From assembly GCA_044892525.1 (NCBI GenBank), contig CM097885.1, positions 237,028,001 through 237,092,000 on the forward strand: a stretch of 64,000 bases of DNA. Direction: 5' to 3'. The DNA comes from Schmidtea polychroa. Taxonomy: Eukaryota. Below are positions 7,805 through 20,427 of the stretch, one piece after another. Made by a program: the position numbers and the translations under genes. Position 1 is the stretch's first letter; each line of letters starts with the position of its first letter. The notes below the pieces were generated by a model. It had not been told where the DNA came from. It saw nothing but the letters and a program-made list of their open reading frames with translations, and did no database searches.

Positions 7805-10330
7805 CACAATACCTTCTTCACTAAATATTAATTCATTTATTGTCCTATAATATGATTTTTGGGGAACAGGTGGCTGGAAATTGAAATTTTTAGAAGCCAA
7901 AGTGTAAAGCATTTCTGGATAAGAGAAGCAGAAGAGTAGAGGAAGCAGCTATGAGTCGGATTTTGCAGATTTCAATCTCCTGGTTTCACCTGGTGTTCGG
8001 AATTCTCTTTTAGTTCGACCGCGTTTTCTGCTGGTCTTGTTTTACTATTGATATCTGGAATTTTATTAATGGTTGCCGATGCTACTCTGTTTATTTCTTT
8101 TAATGTCTTAATTAATTTTATCATTTGGATTGTCTCTGTGATCTAGGTTCCTCTTTTGGGTCACTTTATTTGGTTTCATCGTGGTTAGTTAGTTTTTTTG
8201 ACTGTCGTCATTATCCCTCTCTGAATTTCTTAAATTATGTTCTTTCATTCTTTTTTTCATTATATTCTTTTATTATGTTATCTTGATTAACTGGGTTTTC
8301 ATTGATGGTTGGTGCGACTTTTCTCTTTGTTTCCTCCAGCATCTTTACTATTGTTGCTAATAGGGTTCTGATAGCTCTCACCTGGCTAATCTTTTGTTTT
8401 AGGATTTATTTTATCAACTGAGCTATTGGAAGGTTGTTTTTCTCTTCTGATTCTTTTAGGCATTGTAGACATTGTAATTTTACTTGTTCGTACTTCACAT
8501 TGGGTCTTCTGCAAATTACTTGGCAATTACTGCAGGTACTGTCTTATCTTCTATATGGATGTTCTTTACCACATGTTGGCATTGGTTCTTCCGCTTAAAG
8601 GGTTCCTGACAGTCATCGCGATCATCATTATGATTAGGCTTCTTTCGATTCTCATCTTCAAATAAATATACTTAATTATGATAATATATACATTGACATG
8701 CTATTTACACAACTTTGGTTGCGGCATACTTTTAATTTTTCAATCTCTTATCTCAAATTGGCTTTATTTACCTCGAAACATTGTCTTGCCACCTTTGTTT
8801 CTTGGTTTGCCTGTTGTATCGCTTTTTCACAATCCACTTTTAATTTGGTAATGATCTCTACTTGATGTCACAGGTTTATATCTCTTTGTTACCGTTCATT
8901 TCTCGACTGATTTCATCTATTTCTGTTTGCAGCTATCTAATTTACAGGTCTTCCTCTTCTATCTGTTTTTTCTATATTGCGCCTTGATATTCGTGCATAT
9001 TTATTTCTCTGGTTTGTTTCTTTAGAAATCTTTTCCGTCTTTGGTTTAACGAGTCATAACTTGATGTTCTCCACTCAGTCTTTCGATTTCTCTTTATTGG
9101 CCTTTGACTGTTTCCCAAAGTTCATATTCGTCTTCCTTCCTGTGTAGCTGTCCCATTTCCTTTTTTACGTAAATTTCATGGAGTTTAGCTTCTTTTATTT
9201 TCTACGATGCTCTTTGATCTTCTCTTTCATTTCCTTTTTCTTCTCATTGGTCAAAAATTATAATAAACTTTTTTTTCTGAAGAATTTAGAATTCTTAAAA
9301 GATTTTTAATTAAATATCCTTTAAAATTCAAAAAGACTCATTATGAAAAATTTTTAAAATTTTTAAAGCTTCTATGATTAGCTCATAGAAACCTATTTTA
9401 ATAAATAATATCTTAAAATATTTATAAAATATAGTTTTTAATAACTATTTATATAAGCAATTTAAATATTTCACAAAATGTTTCTATTTTGATTTTAAAA
9501 TCCTAATGATCTTATAAAATTATATTTTATCTATTTTTCTCTATTATTTTAAATTATTATTTTTTAATTTTTAATTTAATTTTTTAAAAACTATTCTCAA
9601 GGTCAAAAACAACAAATCATATTGATGATTTCATTGATCTCTTCTTTAGTGTTGATTGTTGACCATCTGTTTATTATGAGAATTGCTTCCTTAAATCTGA
9701 CATTTTTTTAGATGTTTCCATTGGCTAATATTTTGATTGAAAAAACATATTTCAATCAAAATCTTAGCAGCATAAGGCTTAAATTATCATTTAATTTTTT
9801 TTAAATTTATAATTCTGCTACCAAGTAATCATCACTTTATACCTAAAATATAAAGAGTTTTCCGTTTTTGAGGTTTAATATTGTGAAGTAATACTATTGA
9901 CACTCCCTATTTGAAATAAAGTCTGGAGTAATTTAAGTTAAGGGTATACAAAAACTCAACTCAATCGTTTTCTCCCCCATAGACTTAAAAGATTCATATG
10001 TTATCATTCTTCAGATGCTTATTGTTCAACAATGAATATTCTTTATTCCTAAGTTCTTAGATTCCAGGTCACTTTTCTTAGCTAAAATATTGAAATATCT
10101 GTATTCCTAACATAGCTCGTTCGTAAAATTAATTTTTCTATCCTCTTCAACTTACCCATCTTCTTCTTTAATAAAACTAAATAATTCAGAAAACTTGTTT
10201 ACCTTATTATTTTCTTTAATACATTCCTTTATTTCTTCATAACATTTATCCAAGTTGATTTCATTTTTATTTATAGTAAAATCGCCTTGATAATTTACAT
10301 ATATTTTAAGGTATAAACTTTTGTAATTTT
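7805..10330 (-). mobile_element. Decayed retroelement-like repeat (coiled-coil/zinc-knuckle ORF1-like remnant)
   Basis: A-rich disrupted minus-strand coding sequence with a CGKEHP..C..C motif near 8530-8580. Bases 9175-9715 recur with high similarity at 63425-63960. Confidence 0.5.
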
Positions 10331-10619
10331 AATAATTAGTAATTAAAATTAGATCGACTTACGGCGTTAAAACAATAAGCGAAGATATATAACGAAAATG
10401 AAAAGTAACGAAATCTCACAGCTACCTTAATTTGCAGGAATTAAATGTTTTCAAAAACAGTCGTCCTAGAAAATAATTGATAATGGGTAAACAAAAAAAA
10501 CTATACGGCATTTGTAACGCCAAATTTGCACCATTTACCATAAAATAAATGTTGTACCACGTTGAGTTTTTATATTTCAATATTATCTTATTTCAATAGT
10601 ATTGCTACACAATATTAAA

Positions 10620-10845
10620 CCTCAAAAACGGCACTCTTTATATTTTATATTGTAATTATTAATATTATGCTAATTATATCGAGGTATCGAAAAATCTCAT
10701 TTTAGTTTGCAGCTTTGGCATCAAAAGTACGTCCCTGTAAATTTCTAACTATCTAGCTGCAGTGGTTTAGGCTATGCAAACAACGAAAGGTGGCAAACAA
10801 ACCCACAACCAAACAAACATATTTAGAGTTTTATATATAAGATAT
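10620..10845 (+). mobile_element. Short Helentron/HINE-like element end
   Basis: AAATTTC...TCTAGCTGCAGTGGTTTAGG...(CAAA)-rich tract...TTTATATATAAGAT. Confidence 0.35.
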
Positions 10846-11029
10846 AAATATTAATTTAAATATTAAACCCTTCCCATGGAAATTTGTTTCGCAATAGTCG
10901 CTACAAAAACTATTTTTATGTCAATAATTAAATTATAGTTTCTGAAAACGGTACCTTTTGAAAATGTCAGTTTTTCCGTTTTTTATTTCCAAACACGGCC
11001 GTTAACGGCAGTTTTTTCTTATATATTAA

Positions 11030-11339
11030 CCACTTGCGCTATATTGACGTGCCAGGCACGTCTTGATGATTTTTTTCAGAACTGCAAGTGACGTGTATAC
11101 CACGTCGATAGTATTTGTCGCAAAAACAAAAACAAAAATAGACTATTGATTAATAAAATTTATTGTTGTTGTGAATAATTATTTATATTCGTGTAAATCC
11201 TTTATGTAAGACCCTACCCTCGCGCTAAGCACTGGTCAAACCTCTGAGCTCGCTGACACGGTGAGGCGTCGATGCCTTACGATACTTTATATAGTAGAGC
11301 GCGGCTCAGCTACCGAAAATTAAATCATAGCGCAAGTGG
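11030..11339. mobile_element. piggyBac-like MITE nested in the hAT element
   Basis: TTAA on both sides (11026-11029 and 11340-11343); TIR CCACTTGCGCTAT. Confidence 0.85.
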
Positions 11340-11452
11340 TTAATAAAGTAAAATATAATTAAGGCAAATACATAAACAAACTCTTAAATTATGGTTTATT
11401 CATTATTTTCGTACTAAGCATTTAAATTATTTATTTTTTATTAAACCACATT

Positions 11453-13193
11453 CTATTTTTTCGACTTGTTATAATAGAATTTGAGAAAAACTAGAGCATT
11501 AAGCGAATTATCTGACAATCTTGAGCGAATTTTGGTACAAAAATTTGTGCAAACTGAGAAAACTCGTTCTATATCAGTAGATGTTGATTTAATACAAAGA
11601 AGAGCATCATGTAATTTTTGTAAATTATCGGTTCGCTTCCCAGTATTGCGAAAAATATTAAACTCTTGTTTCAGCCACTTGAACTTATCACTCGATCCGA
11701 TTGTAGTCATTGGAGCATCTTTATTCAGCAACATGTGTAACTCATCTTGCAATGAAAGTTCTTTTGCAGCATCAGTTTGAGCATTGGATTCATCATTTAG
11801 GGTTGAATCGGCATCATTAGTTCCAAATAACCATGATGATAAATTTCCAGCAAAATCAATTAAGGATTTAGAAGGAATACTAGTAGAATCCCTAAGACTT
11901 TTTAACAAATTTTTAACATCACGATTCTATCTTTCGACTATGCGCTTTTTGAGGTTGGCAAATAGTTCACTGCTAATGTCAGAATTCAATTCTGCGACCT
12001 TGCTATAAGTAAATTCAATAATTGTATCAGCATTCAACAAAGTCGAATCCCGTCTACTAAGAACTTCAACTGTGATTTTGATTGAAGCCATAGCCTGAAG
12101 AAGTGTTTCCAATCCATTGAAATCCAAATTGTTTATCATGTCCAAGTTATTCAATTCCGAGAACATTTCAAATAATGCAATTTTCGTCTGTGAAATTGGC
12201 TCAATCATTGTAGGAATCGAATTCCAACGGTGTTTAACATCCAAATAAAGTTCAATACCATGGCCGGGATGTAATTTGACTTTCTCTTGAAATATATGTC
12301 TACGAACCGTTGAATTTTTGATAAATTTAACCACTTCCCGTGTTCTTTTTAGCATTTCATGATGAAAGTCAATGTTCTCATCAAAGTGATCGTCAAGTAT
12401 TTCCATATTTAATTCGTCTAAAGAATCATCTTCCTTGTATCAAGACTATCAAGATCACTTGTGTCGATTAAATTATCTCGCTTTTTATAAAGTGTATCAC
12501 AAACCACTAAATGAATTGCATGAAAATTGACCAACAACGTCCATTATTTTCATGTATTTCTTATTTACGGTTACACCATTTTGCGTTGAAGCCACGATAT
12601 CTCGATCTGATACTATACCAAATAATTTTAAATGATTCCTCATGCAATCTGCCATGCTTTCAGTAGGACATGGTCCATAAATTCTCATGACGCTTGTTTA
12701 TACCGAAATATCTTCTGCCACGAACTGTTGTATATTCGTCAATAGAGATGGAAAGTTTTGCTCATTGTTTTATTTTCGCCTTGATTTCTTTGGTCTTTTC
12801 AGCTTTTTGGTCGCAATAGTGATCCATAATTAACTCCATGACATCGCTTTCATTGGCAGGAAGCTTGAATCCATCTCGCTGAATAGATTTTCTTATATAA
12901 TTATTTCTAGTTATTGCGCGGATAGTTATTCCGTCAGTAGCTAAGCCTGACACAATTTCATTTAATGATTGCTTTTGAACAAAATTCAGCATTGTTTTCA
13001 TTTTCTTATTTACTGGCTGATGTGTATCTTGTGTATCTTCATCTTCGACAAAAATTCCATGAGATTTCAAATGGTTTCTCAAAGAAGTGTATGATCCTTT
13101 TGAGCATTTAATTGATTTCCGACAATGATGATAAATACCGCTAATTTCCCTAGAAACTTTATCTTCAATTTTTGTCGCATAATCCCAAATCAT
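11453..13193 (-). pseudogene. hAT transposase (BED finger, DDE core, dimerisation domain), fragmented
   Basis: IWDY...C..S..LRNHLKSH; LDVKHRWNS; STSTDIERVFS...KIRSRLSDNSLNALVFLK; split over four ORFs. Confidence 0.9.
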
Positions 13194-14308
13194 GTCTGAA
13201 CAAATAAATTAAATAAGAATGCTACACAAAGTAACAACATAATTATAAAATACTTACTTGCTTAATCTCGCATTTTATGCATAAATTAAATATCAAAACA
13301 TTGAAAAACTGAAAAACTGGAATTATTCAAATTTATCAATTTATCCAAAATATCAATCAGATCAAATTCCATTATATTTCAAAATCGTAAATTATGTAAC
13401 TAATTTTTCCATAATGGGCAAAAATCGGAAAACGGTATCCAAAAACGGCCGTTTTCCGTTTTTTGTTTTCATTCAAAAATGGCCGTTTTTCCGTTTTCGT
13501 TAACAGTTTCAGAAACCCTAGTACTATATAATCAAATAATAACATAAACATTTTTTTAAAAATTTTTTGAATGACATTATTAATTATTTTAAATATGGAA
13601 AGTCACGCGCATATATTTGATCGCCCAAAACGACACGGTTTATTTTTCATGTATTTACATGCGGTCGCTTGAAAGTGGTTAACACTAAATTACTAAAATT
13701 AGGATTCTAGACTATTAAAATTATTATCATTTAATAAATACAATGCCAATTGAAAAGAAATCAATAGTGAAAATTGAAAAAAGTTCTTATGTTATTATCA
13801 TTATTATTATTACCAATATGATTGACAAATATTAGTAAGCATAATATAAAAGAATCATTTTTTATATATTATATTGGCCTGAGCAGATTATTAATGCTGA
13901 TGAAATGGGTCGCCTTTCCCCATACATTTGTTATTCTCGCATTACACTGTTTTGTTTAACACGATGATCTAGTAGAACTTATATTCTGTGTTAAGCCAGG
14001 GATGGGTGTATCGGTCAGGTTTTTAAATGATAACACTATGAATGAATTTATTGTATTGACTTGATTTGTTTGTGATTTTTCGTTCTAAAAATCATTTATT
14101 TTAGTTTTTTAAGTGTGTACCAGTGAAATAAAAAAGGATAATAAAATTCATGTTTTCACTATAATCCAAACCGACATTGCCAGTAGTTTTCGGAACCACT
14201 GTTATTTGTTTTGTATATTTCCTTTATTATTCTTCCCTTTACAATTTTTATTACGTAATAATAAAAAAAATATTATATATAAAGCATTTGAGATCTTGAA
14301 AATATATT

Positions 14309-14950
14309 ATGCATAAATTTTTGAAAGTAGCAAGTGACAAAGAGAAATTATGGGAAGCTGACTCTTCAGACACATCGGAAGAAAAACAAAAAGTATATAA
14401 ATATTGGTTTTCAAAGTTTACCTTAGGAAATCAGGAAACATTATTCAGCAAGGTTGTGGTCAAGAATTACAAAAGTGAAATACGAATCGGTCAAAGTCAT
14501 TTTCAAAATAAAATATTGAAAGGATATTCTTACTTCATTGGGAAATATTTACCATTTGATAATAACAAAACCTTTTTAATAAAAGTAAAAATTCAAAATT
14601 CCCATCAAGCTTGTTATATTTATGGGCTAGATTTCAATAGCATTGAAATAGTTAGCAGACAAAGCGCAAAACAAATCATTAAGACATCCAATTCACAGGT
14701 TTTTAATTACCAAAGATTCTCTTTAAAGGTCAGCGCAAGAAAGAAAGAAATAATCGACATGAAATTGGACATTATACCATCTTCAACAGATGTGGCGTAC
14801 TTCATCTGTAACATCTTCGTCAATGACGGCATGAAGAAAGAAGAATTTCCAGATTATTTCGAAATGATATCTATAACTCAATATCTTTCAATTACTGATA
14901 CTAAAAAATCCAAAACTATTTTCTCTTTGAAACCAAAATTACTGAAATAA
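14309..14950 (+). CDS. Hypothetical protein, 213 aa, no recognised domain
   Basis: Long ATG-initiated ORF in very AT-rich DNA, with globular-type composition. Confidence 0.5.
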   Translation: MHKFLKVASDKEKLWEADSSDTSEEKQKVYKYWFSKFTLGNQETLFSKVVVKNYKSEIRIGQSHFQNKILKGYSYFIGKYLPFDNNKTFLIKVKIQNSHQACYIYGLDFNSIEIVSRQSAKQIIKTSNSQVFNYQRFSLKVSARKKEIIDMKLDIIPSSTDVAYFICNIFVNDGMKKEEFPDYFEMISITQYLSITDTKKSKTIFSLKPKLLK

Positions 14951-15765
14951 TCTAGAGAGGATTCATGAAATAACCATTTCTTATGATTTCTTATAGACCC
15001 CTATGCAAAATGTCTCTCAAGGTTCTACTTAAAAAATTAATGTTTGTTGGTGTTTGAGGGCTGCGGATATGAATATTAAGAACATGAACAAAGTATTTCG
15101 ATAAAAATATTATTTATATTAATTATAAATAAATAAATTTATAAATTATTATAAACCAATCAAAAAATCGAATTAAAATTCCTAATTAATGAGTGATTGA
15201 GATTTAATACAATATTCACAACAAGTACACTTTAATCAAGGATGCATTGATGAGGGGTCCCTACGTGATCGGGTAACTTTAGAATCCATATTGACGTCAC
15301 TGACGTTCAGATATTTCTTTCAATAACAATTTACTAATAAATATTTTTATATTAATAAAATATTTTTTTAATCATTAAATGGCAATTTTTTACTAAAAAT
15401 ATAAGTAAAATATTTCGATGTGTAAATGTATAGATAGACCAATACCTTGATTGGGGTTACGGAAATAATTTAGTCTTTGAAATAATTTGGTTCAGATTAA
15501 TCATGCTTTTCAAGGCTAAATTATTCTGCCCCCTCGACTTGCGTAGTTAATTGGTATCAGAGAAACACGACATAGAATGAAATAATTTTTCCTATATTTT
15601 TGTATAAGTTTTTTACTAATTGGTACCAGAGTACAATATTTTTACAATAAGATAACTTCTTAGTTTGATTATTTCTTTAGATTGATATGAAGTAGAAAAT
15701 TTAGCAAACTCCCTTATTTGATCAGCATCTCTTAAAAATTGTCCTTACTGTAGTAGGATCTAAAC

Positions 15766-16630
15766 CAACGGTTCTCAAAGCAGGGGACCGCGGAAAACGA
15801 ACGCATATTTATTTTCATTATATAACTGACTGAACTCTGTCGTTAACCCCTCTATACCAAGATTTGACCACTCTCTCTGTCTCCATTGGTATTCAGTTTG
15901 CCTTGTCACGAAAAATTGATAGGTTTCAAAATGAAGCTTGAACTACAGATTGTAAGATCAGAGAATAAGAGTTTTGCCTCATTTCCACAGTTGAACATAT
16001 TTATTGATGGAAATGAGGTTGAAGTTGATGGCGATATCCATGAGGTGATGGAACAGCATGTATTCGTTCCTAGCAAAGAAATGTCTTACTATTTTCCTGA
16101 CTTACGAGAATTTTACACACAGTCGTTTTATCAGTAACCCATTTCCCATAAGTGATCTATCTTCGGAGGACAATTTAATTCAGGAAAGGTTTATTGATTT
16201 GATAAATGATGGGAGTGCAAAACATGTTTTCTGTGAAACATTTTGTAGTGATTTTTAGATTGAAATGGTACAATCTTATCCTTATGTTGCAAAGATGACT
16301 CTAAGTGTCCTGACTTTATTCACAACCATCTATGAGTATGAGCCGGCATTTTCTACACTACTTACTATCAAGAAAAAATCTCGAAATAAATTGTACGCAA
16401 CAAATGACATAGGAGTTGCACTGGGCAAAACAAAGCCAAAATAGGAGAACTAGTTTAGGCAAAGCACATCCATTCATCCCATTAAATTTGTTATTTGAAT
16501 TTAACAATTACATAACATATATTTTCTGAATACATAATTGTTTGTAAAAAAATGTTTTACTCACTACACTTTTCTTTTTTATTAAAGGGTCGCGCGAGCT
16601 ATAGAAAAATATTTAAAGGGACCCCCACGC
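15766..16630 (+). mobile_element. hAT Charlie/Buster-type remnant with the transposase C-terminus
   Basis: Left end CAACGGTTCTCAAA; EKLIGFKMKL, FPQL, YFPD, YP..AK...LFTTIYEYEPAFS...K.RNKL; broken by stops. Confidence 0.8.
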
Positions 16631-16899
16631 AGGGAATTTTAAAAGATTTTTTCCAATATCAAAAGCATTTCCGCCAGATTTAAAACTTCTAATTTTAGTT
16701 CTAACTTAATTTGCTCCGGCTTTTGACTCATTTTAAATTCTTGTGTACAAACTACAAACTAAACTTACTTAAACTAAATTTCCAGCGATAACTTTTAAAA
16801 CTAACAAATATTGAGAAGAAATAATTTAATAACGTTATTCGTATCAAAATTCAAATTGTGGATTTTCTCTTTCCTTTTATTATTAAAACAAATTTTGTT

Positions 16900-17590
16900 T
16901 CTAATTCATTACAATACACTTTTCCTCCAGATGTGTCACATCAATAGAACTTATTGGCAAATCTCTTTAGCGAAATCCCAGTTTAAGCCGCGATAAATTA
17001 ACCGTCGTTTTCCTTGGTATGCTTCAATTCTGGATGAGTTGTGATTTAATTCTATCATCTTGTAAGGTCCATGATATCTTAGCGACAAAGATGAATTTTG
17101 CACTGAACGCTCCCAAACCACTTCACAATTTGAAAAATCCATAGAAATATTCGATTTTTTAGTCGTGGTAGTCGAGTGAAATGTATTTGTGTCTCGGGTT
17201 CAGAGATTAAATCTTGAAAGATTTAACTCATCTGAAGTTGGAGGTTCTGGTATTGTTGAGGATTTGCCAAATAACATTTGAGCTAGAGAAGCTTTGATTT
17301 TGTCGGAATAAATGTTTCTCCATTCCACTAGTACTAGAGGCAGCGCTCTCGCCCATTCATACTTGTTTGTCAATTTCCTTAGCGAGTTCTTCAAAATGTT
17401 TCAATACCTTTTGATTAATATAGTCATTTGAGGATGACAGACTGTAGTTCAAAGTCGTTTAAAACCATATGACTTTGAAAGATTCTCGGCCATATTGGAT
17501 TCGAATTGGATATCTTGAACCGTGACGACATGTACTGGCACACCATATCTCGCAATCCAAATAATAACAAATTTTTTTACCTCAATATTA
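16900..17590 (-). mobile_element. Gypsy/Ty3 integrase remnant
   Basis: WIARYGVP.HVVT.Q..QFES; W..ALPLVL; LFG; GPYK. Interrupted at its 5' side by a DINE-like repeat. Confidence 0.8.
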
Positions 17591-17990
17591 GCTTCACTTT
17601 GTATGTATGTTTGAATGTTTATATGAGCCACACAAGTCTTGCGACGGCAAATTAACCCACTTCTCGTGATCGGATCAAGATGAAATTTTGCAGATAGATT
17701 TGTCGTCGAGAAAAATACATTCTTTCAAAATTTCAGATCGATGAAAGGTACTATTTTATTTTATTTTTTGAAAATTTTCAATTTTAATTATATTTTCAAA
17801 ATTTCTATCAAAATATTAATAAAATTTTCCTTTCAAAGTAATTTCTTAACTAGATGATTTTGCCCCATATTAAATATTTCATAGCATTGAGCAGGCATAT
17901 TAAAATTTTAATTTTGAGAGTGTAAGAATGAGATATAGAGAGTTTTAAAAACTATGTTTTTACGGTTAGTTTTTATTTATATACTAATTA
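17590..17990 (-). mobile_element. DINE-1/HINE-like repeat, inverted copy
   Basis: Reverse-complement similarity to 5015-5310 and 27725-28070; the internal part is also seen at 48395-48560. Confidence 0.6.
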
Positions 17991-18592
17991 TTTTTGATAT
18001 TAAAAATAACAAATTACATCTAATCCTAAATTGGGTAATTTTAAAATACCGTGAAACCTCTATTTGTAAGCTTAATTCGTTCCTATAAATGTGGAGTAGT
18101 TCACAGTCTGTCATTGCTGTTATTAGTAATACGTTAGCAAGGAATACATATTACATAAATTAAGCTTAGCAATATGTTTTTTATTCATATGTTGAGTCAG
18201 GTTTTCTTTAATTTGCCCGTATTTCGAAAGGCTTGTAAGTCTACGTCTTGCTGTAGTATGTTTAGCTAGAATGTTTTAATTTCAATTTCTTTCTTTTGAT
18301 TAAAACACAGATTACCATTTTGAATAATTATTTTTATTATTTGAAATCCTCATTGGTTATTTAAGGTTATATTTTGGTTATTTTTTGTTCTTAACAGATT
18401 TTTGATTTCAAAAATTGGATCTATAATTTTTCATCTGGCATAACAATGGCTCCAAGGACAGAAACATCGTCTTTAACATCAATTCATAAAGTAAACAATA
18501 TCCCATACATTTGTTAAATATTTTATTCTTCATCAATGTAATTTTGTCTTCCAACTTTATTGTGTTTTATTATGTTTTAACAAAACTGATTA

Positions 18593-18751
<159 letters not shown>

Positions 18752-19749
18752 TTATCATGTGCTAAATAAACTGATTGGGCTATTGAAAAAGAAAAGGTGC
18801 CCATGCTTTTCTTGCTGGAAAAAATACCTATTCCAACTGAAAAGTGTTTATTGAGTTTATCGCGTAACAAAATGATAAATTTCTGCAATTTACTTTATAG
18901 TTCAGGAAATATATATAAAATATTTTTCTAGTTCATTTAAACAAAATAAATCTGTAATTTATATTCGCCAATTTGATAATTGTTATTATATTAATTTCCT
19001 TTATATTAATTTCATTTTAGATTATCAGTCAATATTTTCTACTAAAAATCAATATTTGCACCATCAATCAATATTCTAATTATTAATCAATATTTGTTCT
19101 AAAATTAATATTGATCGATAATCTAAGAGGTGTGTAAAATAAAGGAAATTGATAAAAACAAATCAATGGTAAAAAAGATAAAAGATTTTCCTGATTACGT
19201 TTTATTCTGAAATCCCAGTATAAAATTGAAAGAACTGGGTTGAATTTCTATAAAAGAAAAGAATGAATGAACAATATTAAAATAGCAGTCATATAATACA
19301 AATCAGTTGGTGAAATTTATTAATAATGAAAAATATTGTCCGAGGTAATAATTGAAAAGTACACTTTTACTAATTCGCTGTCCATAAGTAATGAATAAAA
19401 AATTGTCAGTCGTTTTTTATTTTTCAATTATTTTTTTTTTGAATAGAATGAGTCACTTAGACTAGTTGGGAAAATGAAAATATTGCCCAGAGTAAAACAC
19501 ACCGAGTTGGTGTTGAATAATAGACATAATTATCCGTAGACCTAATTTTGATGGCGATGATTCATTATTTTTCCCTACCACTTGCAATTTTCAATAGGAC
19601 ATTCATTTCTCTCCCACGTACACAACTGTCCTCTGTGTTGATGATATTTACAGGATGGGAACTGGAGATTTCGTGTTAAGTACATTATATAGAATGAAAA
19701 CCAAAAAAAAAGAAATTTATAAATACTGAAATTTCGAAGGCACTAGTCA

Positions 19750-20427
19750 TTAATTTTGAGTTTGCTGAACACAGTCCGAATGAAATACACTAATGTCATC
19801 AACCAGTCCACTGTCGATGCTTAACTTTCCGGTATGATCTTTGGAAATGGAACCATGCATTCTGCAATGGCCAGAATGTTGAGAACGGGTCATTAAATCT
19901 AAATCCGCTAATTCATTTCCGTATCTTTGAATGATTTCAAAATCGTTAGTTCTTAATGAATAGAGTTTGCTATACTGTGATAAATACGGACTTTTTGGAT
20001 AAAGATTTTCGAATTTTTCATTATTTTTTGAGTCGGATGAGGTCAATCTACATTCGGCATTCATGACTGCCATGCAGGAAATTGGCCGTTTTCTTAGTTC
20101 TCCGCCAACTGCAGCCATTCTGGGTTTGTTTTTAGTCGAAATGATTTCTGAAATATCAATCAGTAGTACTGGTGACCATGTCAATGTTTATTACCTTTAT
20201 TATGATTAATTGTTTTAATTTGACTATTGTGAACATTTTCATTATTTTCATACCTGTGACCGAAATTAGAATATTCCGGCAATGCTGAAGCGTAGAAAGA
20301 ATGGCTCATTAAAGCGCTATTTGGTGTCAGTGACATATCAATTTCGGCCAAAGTCACATAGTCCTCATCATCGAAACTATTCATAAAAGTTGAAATTATT
20401 TCGGTATAATTTATAATATTAGGTTGT
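19750..20427 (-). CDS. Last two exons of an unidentified host gene (20195-20427 and 19750-20147)
   Basis: A 47-nt GTAATA..TTTCAG intron (20148-20194) joins the two listed ORFs in frame (…HNK-E-IIST…); acceptor at 20428. Confidence 0.65.

Larger units (their letters stand above)
10934..13520 (-). mobile_element. hAT DNA transposon with a disrupted transposase
   Basis: TIR TATAGTTTCTGAAA / TTTCAGAAACCCTA; AAAACGG subterminal repeats; no clear TSD. Confidence 0.85.

Noticed and set aside
11481..12008. Plus-strand ORFs here, and other antisense ORFs such as 53469-53699 and 56158-56580
   Set aside because: They are antisense shadows of transposase or MSH5 exons.
20148..20194. Apparent frameshift between ORFs 20181-20384 and 19750-20184
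   Set aside because: A canonical 47-nt intron explains it.
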